Source: Acaryochloris marina MBIC11017
GTDB taxonomy: Bacteria > Cyanobacteriota > Cyanobacteriia > Thermosynechococcales > Thermosynechococcaceae
Reading direction: 5' to 3'
DNA: 32,000 bases
Assembly: GCF_000018105.1 (NCBI RefSeq)
Contig: NC_009925.1
Location: 5,490,001 to 5,522,000, forward strand
Shown: in pieces, positions 26,611 to 32,000 of the stretch
Position numbering within the stretch: position 1 is the first letter of the stretch
Layout of the letters: each line of letters starts with the position of its first letter
The notes under the pieces: model-generated
Seen by the model: only the letters and a program-made list of their open reading frames with translations
What the model was told of the DNA's origin: nothing
The model's database searches: none
Translations under genes and position numbers: made by a program

Positions 26611-26946
26611 TCAGATAAAGCTGGCAATGTAATTGCGGATGTCTTCATCAGAACTCAGCTTCATCTGGTCTGAGTGATCAAAGAAGTCAATCTGAACAGT
26701 TGAGCCATCCGGACGCCGAACCGTGAATCCGAAGTCCTCCAGAATGACGTCACGATGCTGCCATTGGTCAACAATGGTTAATTCAGGGGTATCTCGAATA
26801 ATCCGCTGAACCTGATGAAATTTACCGTAATACCCAAACTCAACCCATGGAGCAGTAATCGGCGCAAATACGTATAGCCATATACCAAAGATAGAGAGTA
26901 GGGTAAACCCACACATCAATCTGAGTAAAGTTCGTACCGTTTTCAT
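26611..26946 (-). CDS. Small membrane-anchored hypothetical protein
   Basis: MKTVRTLLRLMCGFTLLSIFGIWLYVFAPI... has one N-terminal TM helix and then an ~80-aa soluble domain. The ATG at 26946 is preferred over the TTG at 26952. Confidence 0.5.
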   Translation of the reverse strand: MKTVRTLLRLMCGFTLLSIFGIWLYVFAPITAPWVEFGYYGKFHQVQRIIRDTPELTIVDQWQHRDVILEDFGFTVRRPDGSTVQIDFFDHSDQMKLSSDEDIRNYIASFI

Positions 26947-27271
26947 GGCCAAAAACTAAATTTTTTCCCCACATACTATTTAAGATAGCTTTTCTTGAAT
27001 TAGAAACTTGTTAATTTAAGCGATTCAGCACATACTGCCATTGCTATCACAACACAAGCAGAGGCAAACATCAAAACATAGAGTTTCAGCGAACTTACGT
27101 CACCATTCTTAGACTCGTCAGCAGATTAATAAAAAGCGATTCAAAAGGCTTAGAAGCCACAACACTGACAGTTCCACTTCAAAGTCTTAGTATTAGTAAC
27201 AGATTGCTAGACTTCTTCAGTAAGATTTGCCAGTATCTACCTTAACGTCGCTGACAAACTTTTATTTACCG

Positions 27272-28666
27272 TTAATTCTCATTATCAGGAATTGGAAAGT
27301 CTTCTGCAAAATAGTTCTCATTCGCATAGTTAATTGCTGATCGGACCGTATCTTGATGCCAAGGTACAAAGACAGCCAAAATATCCCCTGTCTCAGCCTT
27401 AACCCGCTTTAAAACATGAGTGTCACTAACCCCTACACCTTTTAACTTGAGGAGGGCATACTCTTGCAAAGTATCCACCTCGATTAGAGGGAGTTCTTGA
27501 CAAACCCGAATTGCCCCAAGGGATTGAACTAACATCTCTTGCAATGCCCGATTCCGTTCCTCAAAAACCCACTGGGCTTGCCATTCTTGAGGATGAACAG
27601 TGCCATATTTTTCAGGTATAGGAGTTCCGTGATACGCATAGGCAGCAAAACCATCCGCAAACTGCACAGCAGGCTCTCCCTCACCGTGCAATTGATAATC
27701 ATCATCGATCAGAATATGAGTGGGGCGATCACAAATGATACACAGATTATCAACTGCAAAAACCCAACCGCAATATTTAGCTAACCCTTGTAAAGCAGCC
27801 CATTTCTTAGCATCATAGGGATAATTGAGTTCTGAAATAGCAAAATCTAGCCAACTACATTGATATGCAAATTCAGAAATAACTACAACTGCATTCTCTA
27901 CTAAATACTTCTGCTCAGAAAAGGATAGCGGCATAGCCAGGGTTTCCCGAAAACGAGGGGACTCCATACCGTTAATTTTTGCAATTAATGTCCCCTGCAG
28001 ATATTTCTTCATCCATCCCTGAAAGAAATATTCTTTGCCTGGAAGCCAACCCAATTGCATGTCAAGAGCAAATGCTGTATCACTAAATGATCTCTGCCAA
28101 TCTTCTTGAGATTTATCCTGGATCCTTTTTGAAAATTCTGGATCTCCTCGACGAGCTTGATGTTTGCCTAGCAAATCAATCATCGGCGTAGCACTCAGGA
28201 AAACTTGCTCAACCATGTCTTGAGTACTTAGATCTTTAGGAAGGCAGCGTTCAATATGTTTTTCAACCGCTTGGGTGGGTTTATTTGAAACTTCCTTCAA
28301 TAAATCATAAATGGGTTTCGTACCTGAATTCTGCTGTTTATTGCTTTGCTTGATCGTCCCCCATGCTGCTTCTGCAAAAAACTGAATGAAATTATTCTGG
28401 ATATCTTCTTTCGTTCGACTACGGGGATTTTGTGGAATATCTACTTGCGAGACTTGGGCTTGCAGATGATCTAACGCCGCCCGCGGGCTGGAGCAAAAAA
28501 CAACATCTGGTTCGGGTTTGCCCATAACGGCATAAACACCTTTAATTGCAGCCGCTGCTCGGACTTTTTCAATCGGTTGTGTGATTACACTAATTCGCTT
28601 CCATTTCTCCTGATATTCAGGGGTTTTTGCTTCTTGTTCAGGGGTCAAAAAACGAATCTCAGGCAT
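27272..28666 (-). CDS. Large hypothetical protein of a cyanobacteria-rich uncharacterised family (possibly the one catalogued as DUF6745)
   Basis: 464 aa. The N-terminus LTPEQEAKTPEYQEKWKRISVITQPIEKVRAAAAIKGVYAVMGKPEPDVVF and the C-terminal CDRPTHILIDDDYQLHGEGEPAVQFADGFAAYAYHGTPIPEKYG resemble a paralogous family I recall from filamentous cyanobacteria. Unverified. Confidence 0.6.
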   Translation of the reverse strand: MPEIRFLTPEQEAKTPEYQEKWKRISVITQPIEKVRAAAAIKGVYAVMGKPEPDVVFCSSPRAALDHLQAQVSQVDIPQNPRSRTKEDIQNNFIQFFAEAAWGTIKQSNKQQNSGTKPIYDLLKEVSNKPTQAVEKHIERCLPKDLSTQDMVEQVFLSATPMIDLLGKHQARRGDPEFSKRIQDKSQEDWQRSFSDTAFALDMQLGWLPGKEYFFQGWMKKYLQGTLIAKINGMESPRFRETLAMPLSFSEQKYLVENAVVVISEFAYQCSWLDFAISELNYPYDAKKWAALQGLAKYCGWVFAVDNLCIICDRPTHILIDDDYQLHGEGEPAVQFADGFAAYAYHGTPIPEKYGTVHPQEWQAQWVFEERNRALQEMLVQSLGAIRVCQELPLIEVDTLQEYALLKLKGVGVSDTHVLKRVKAETGDILAVFVPWHQDTVRSAINYANENYFAEDFPIPDNEN

Positions 28667-29054
28667 TTTGTCACTACTTTAAAACCTTCTGTTCATATTT
28701 ATTATTCCCAAGATTTAATCCGAACAGCTAGAGACAGATCATAAAAAAATTGAGCGCTTAAATTATCAGCTTCACAATATTATCAATGGCAATATTGGAT
28801 TTTGGCTCACATTAATAGCAATACCTCCCCGTCTGATAAAGGATCGCGATGCACTAAATCTTTCCCTACATACTCCATACCCAGTGAGGCAACACTGAAG
28901 ATCGGGTGATGTGGGTAAACGTAGCGATTCGAGACCTAACCTTTTCCTGTTTTGATATGGAGCGATTTCTCAAAAACCTCATCTGTAACTTATGAAGATT
29001 TGCTACTGAATCCAGGCCGTAGAGGGACCCGTTTTAGTAGCCTGGGAAGGTTGG

Positions 29055-30173
29055 ATGTTCAGTAGAGTGCAAGTGATGACAAGGATATGGCGGTGGTTTG
29101 GGTGGATGATAGTCGTAGTAATGCTGATGCCAGCGGCTTGGGCCAATCTAGGACCACCGTCCTATGGCGGACAAGTCACCGCTGAACCGATTGGTATTGA
29201 AGATATCGAAATCACCCGTGAGACCCTTACCCTTGACCTCCGGCCTATTGCCCAAAAAGACTTAGCTCAAGTGGAAGCAGTTTATCATCTCCAGAATGAA
29301 GGGGACGAGAAGCAGCTGGACCTACTGTTTGCCTTAGGAACATTAGGCACTGAAAACTTTCAGGTCTGGCTAAACGATCAAGTCATCACCAGCCAACCAG
29401 CCCCGAATGCTCCATTACCTCCAAATTGGGCGGTGCCAGAGTACACGCCAGGGCTGGATAACCAACCCTTGGATTACCTCCGCCATTCTCCGCCGGTCAC
29501 CCCCATGGCCCTAACTGTCACGATTCCACCGAGGAAACAGGATCTCAAGGTTCGGTATGCTGCTCAAACCGCTACTCATCTCTTGGGCAAACCCACGATT
29601 TATCACCAGTTTGCTTACGTCCTTGCCCCTGCAAAAGCTTGGTCAGCCTTTGGTGGATTAGACGTCACTATTTATCTACCTCCCAAGTGGCAAGTTGCCA
29701 CAACCCCCGAGTTCACGAGAAAAGGGGATGTGTTGACAGGTCAGTTTACGGAGCTGCCGGGTGATGAGATCGCACTCACAATGCAGGCCCCCATAGGATG
29801 GGCCTATTATCCCGTCAAATACGGTTCTCAAGGATTACTGGGCCTAGCTTGGTTGGCAGGCTTGGTTTTCGGCTGGCGTTTGGGTCGCAAAAAAGGAAAG
29901 CAACTGGCCACCCAAAAACCGACTCGCCTACAAGCATGGTCCTGGTCTTTAGGGTTTGGCGTAGCTTGGGGAATGGCACTCTTAGGCATCGGTTGGTTAG
30001 CCATTTACAGCCCCAATTGGATGCTCCCGGCAGGCCAAGTGAGCCGATACGGCTATGGTCAAGGCTTCGCCATCATCGGTGTGATGGGGTTAAGCCTATT
30101 CTCTGTTGTGCTGGGCAGTATCGTTGTCTGGGTTGCGACTAACCGTTCTCGGCCGTTGAAGGCGTCGAACTGA
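29055..30173 (+). CDS. Hypothetical membrane protein (signal peptide, large exported domain, C-terminal multi-TM region)
   Basis: 372 aa with N-terminal WFGWMIVVVMLMPAAWA and C-terminal hydrophobic helices (LLGLAWLAGLVFGW, WSLGFGVAWGMALLGIGWLAIY, FAIIGVMGLSLFSVVLGSIVVWVA). Confidence 0.6.
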   Translation: MFSRVQVMTRIWRWFGWMIVVVMLMPAAWANLGPPSYGGQVTAEPIGIEDIEITRETLTLDLRPIAQKDLAQVEAVYHLQNEGDEKQLDLLFALGTLGTENFQVWLNDQVITSQPAPNAPLPPNWAVPEYTPGLDNQPLDYLRHSPPVTPMALTVTIPPRKQDLKVRYAAQTATHLLGKPTIYHQFAYVLAPAKAWSAFGGLDVTIYLPPKWQVATTPEFTRKGDVLTGQFTELPGDEIALTMQAPIGWAYYPVKYGSQGLLGLAWLAGLVFGWRLGRKKGKQLATQKPTRLQAWSWSLGFGVAWGMALLGIGWLAIYSPNWMLPAGQVSRYGYGQGFAIIGVMGLSLFSVVLGSIVVWVATNRSRPLKASN

Positions 30174-31467
30174 CTAGGGTTTGGGCCAATGCCAACGCCT
30201 CTTCTGAGGTGGTGATACTGCCTTCCGCTTGGGCTAGAGTCAATTGTGAAAGCAGGTGACCCACTTCTGGCCCAGGGGATAAGTGAAGGGACTTCATTAA
30301 GGCTGAACCTGATAAGAGGGGTTGAGGATGAGCTAAAGCGCTGAGCGGGTTGAGATATTCTGCAATCCAAGGCTTTAGCGCTGGTAGACAAGACGGCGTC
30401 TCAGCCCCCCGTAGAGATTGCTGCATCAGCTCCACCGCTAATGTCACCATCACAACAGCAGGGAACGTCGTATCCGCGTCTTGAAAGAGATAAAACTGAT
30501 CCACACGGCGGCAGTGTTCCTGCTGCAAGAGCTGTTTTAAGCGAGGCCAACCGTTCAACACCCGCGTAATCACATGGATTTCGCCCCGACTGAACTTCAT
30601 CTGTTTTAGAGTTATTTCTGCCTGAGTTGGATTGTCAGACAGGAGGGAGACCCACTTAGTGGTGGACAGGAGGGTGCGCTGGGCGGCCTCTTTTCCTTGG
30701 GCTCGCTCATTCAGTTCCTGATGAAAAGCGGTTGCTAAGTCCGGGACCTCTTTCTGGAGCAGACTAGCCGCTTGATCGATGGCGGGTAAAAAAGCAAGGC
30801 TCGTTGATGATGCATGGGGAAACGATGTGCTTAATAGGCCATCCTGCCAAAGTTGATGAACCCAAGGTGTGGCCTTGGAATCGCTCAACAGATAGCTCAG
30901 CTCCACTTTGATCCGCTCTGCGGCAATGCCCTTTAACTGAGGGGTGAGTTGACGAATATTGGCTTGGGTCTGGGGCTCAATGGTAAACCCCAATTGGGCG
31001 GCTTGCCGATAGGCCCGCAACAGTCGCAAGGGATCTTCTTCTAGGTTTTTGGCGGCGATCATGCGTAGCACACCTGCGTCGAGATCTTGCTGCCCCATCA
31101 ACGGATCAACCACTGTATCGGAAAAGGGATGATATGCGATCGCATTTATCGTATAGTCTCGTCGCTGCAGGTCCTCTTCTAAGGAATCCCCCACCTGCAA
31201 GGCGAAATCTGCCGTTGCGTCTGGGAAAACCACCCGCGCTATATCTCGTTCGGCATCCAGAAGCACAAACCCGGCATTACAACTTTCGGAAACCCTACGA
31301 GCTGTTTCCACTGCAGCTTTAGGCAAGACAAAATCCAGATCTAAATAAGCCGTATGGCGATTTAGTAAGGCATCCCGCACGCATCCCCCCACTAAGCAGG
31401 CAGATTGGGGTAAATCGCTAGCTGGGAAGGGCCAAGTTTGGGGAGCAAGGACAGATTGGATAGACAT
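30139..31467 (-). CDS. tRNA nucleotidyltransferase / poly(A) polymerase family protein (CCA-, CC- or A-adding enzyme)
   Basis: 442 aa with the head-domain motifs LVGGCVRDALL and YLDLDFV, then RDYTINA and DPLRLLRAYRQAAQLGF. There is no C-terminal HD domain. Activity (CCA versus CC or A) cannot be read from the sequence. Confidence 0.85.
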   Translation of the reverse strand: MSIQSVLAPQTWPFPASDLPQSACLVGGCVRDALLNRHTAYLDLDFVLPKAAVETARRVSESCNAGFVLLDAERDIARVVFPDATADFALQVGDSLEEDLQRRDYTINAIAYHPFSDTVVDPLMGQQDLDAGVLRMIAAKNLEEDPLRLLRAYRQAAQLGFTIEPQTQANIRQLTPQLKGIAAERIKVELSYLLSDSKATPWVHQLWQDGLLSTSFPHASSTSLAFLPAIDQAASLLQKEVPDLATAFHQELNERAQGKEAAQRTLLSTTKWVSLLSDNPTQAEITLKQMKFSRGEIHVITRVLNGWPRLKQLLQQEHCRRVDQFYLFQDADTTFPAVVMVTLAVELMQQSLRGAETPSCLPALKPWIAEYLNPLSALAHPQPLLSGSALMKSLHLSPGPEVGHLLSQLTLAQAEGSITTSEEALALAQTLVSSTPSTAENG

Positions 31468-31552
31468 GCAAAATCAAGAAAAAAGCCTGCAAAAGCCCTA
31501 CCACAGCTAAATGCTCAGGCAAGTCACTGGCAAACAGACAATCAAGTTGGAA

Positions 31553-31633
31553 TGGGCAGGGAGAGACTCGAACTCTCATGACCGAAGTCGCCACATTTTG
31601 AGTGTGGTGCGTCTACCATTTCGCCACCCGCCC
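31553..31633 (-). tRNA. tRNA-Leu (anticodon CAA), type II with long variable arm, no encoded CCA
   Basis: The minus strand folds by hand into a cloverleaf: GGGCGGG TG GCG AAATGGTAGA CGC A CCACA CTCAAAA TGTGG CGACTTCGGTCAT GAGAG TTCGAGT CTCTC CCTGCCC A. The 7-bp acceptor stem has one G-U pair. The anticodon and T stems are each a perfect 5 bp, the T-loop is TTCGAGT, and the variable arm is GAC-TTCG-GTC. Confidence 0.9.
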
Positions 31634-31769
31634 TGGGCCTTGAAGGCAAAGTTCCACCATTATACAAGAACCCATCGGCAATGCAATGGTTTTATTCAAT
31701 TTATCCCAAACCCCTTAGATGTTGGTATCTCAAGCCCATAAAGCTTTAGCTAATAGAATCTGACTAAAC

Positions 31770-32000
31770 GATTGTGCGTCAATAGAGTGTGTGATAGGTG
31801 ACTAAGTCTTGCCATTCCCATGGATGCTCCGTCAGTCCAGCACGTTGGGCAGCCGTATTCTTAAATCGAGAGTGGCGCCAGATCCAGTTGAAATAAGCCA
31901 TTACCAGTCTTAACGTCACTGCACTCTGTTGCCAGACTTTGCCAAATTTGTTCTGTCGTCGATGCCAACGCCCGGTCTGTTGACGTAGTATGCCATTGGT
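31770..32000 (-). mobile_element. Second, diverged IS1-family copy (terminal 231 bp; continues beyond the right edge)
   Basis: Aligns without gaps to 18877-19107. Hand alignment gives 31 mismatches in 231 positions, about 87% identity. It starts with the same IR (GATTGTGCGTCAATAGAGTGTGTG) and contains the 3' end of an orfB homologue (...DLVTYHTLY-stop at 31779-31781). Confidence 0.85.

Noticed and set aside
30139-30173. 35-bp convergent 3' overlap of the membrane-protein gene and the nucleotidyltransferase gene
   Set aside because: The overlap is real in the ORF coordinates, but short convergent overlaps are common. No hairpin or other signal is visible there.
29798-30391. ORFs 29798..30142 (+) and 30059..30391 (-)
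   Set aside because: They are out-of-frame overlaps with the 372-aa membrane protein and the nucleotidyltransferase gene, with Arg/Gly/Pro-rich shadow composition.
31134-31633. Functional link between the CCA-family nucleotidyltransferase gene and the adjacent tRNA-Leu that lacks an encoded CCA
   Set aside because: Most cyanobacterial tRNA genes lack an encoded CCA, so the adjacency is probably coincidental.
31511-31741. 76-aa plus-strand ORF
   Set aside because: It runs straight across the tRNA-Leu gene on the opposite strand, and the cloverleaf explains this region.
1-32000. CRISPR arrays, rRNA genes, retron- or TA-like small gene pairs
   Set aside because: No regularly spaced direct repeats, no rRNA-like conserved stretches, and no small adjacent ORF pairs with toxin/antitoxin hallmarks were seen on reading through the window.

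Overview
This looks like a cyanobacterial chromosome segment. Hand-counted lines give about 47-50% GC, there are at least seven HIP1 GCGATCGC palindromes, and PetF-, TrxA-, PrxQ- and Ycf46-like genes are present. Housekeeping genes are lysS, tRNA-Leu(CAA), a CCA/poly(A)-family nucleotidyltransferase, TolC, a 7TM-HD hydrolase and a ferredoxin-thioredoxin operon; accessory DNA is interspersed among them. (1) Bases 1 to about 4200 form a sharply AT-rich block (about 25-32% GC) that is probably foreign. It carries an intact 1013-aa protein with the architecture caspase(C14) - nSTAND-type P-loop NTPase - single TM helix - unassigned extracytoplasmic domain. Downstream is an exported Cys-containing protein that runs off the left edge and is missing from the ORF track. 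A decayed IS6-family transposase borders the block. This is my best candidate for an uncharacterised conflict or signalling system. (2) A second caspase-fold STAND gene (CHAT - NB-ARC-like P-loop - TPR, 17839-23324) is dead. An ISL3 element splits it (8-bp TSD ACATTTTA), a nested IS1-family element sits inside that ISL3 (8-bp TSD AATGTCTG), and the gene is also frameshifted in a G6 run. (3) Other accessory items are a truncated serine-recombinase fragment, a Uma2 endonuclease, a lower-GC pair of unknown genes at 26.6-28.7 kb, paired TCCCCCA/TGGGGGA palindromic repeats, and a second, about 87% identical IS1-family copy next to tRNA-Leu at the right edge. I saw no CRISPR array or rRNA. All calls come from reading the sequence and the supplied translations; no database search was possible.
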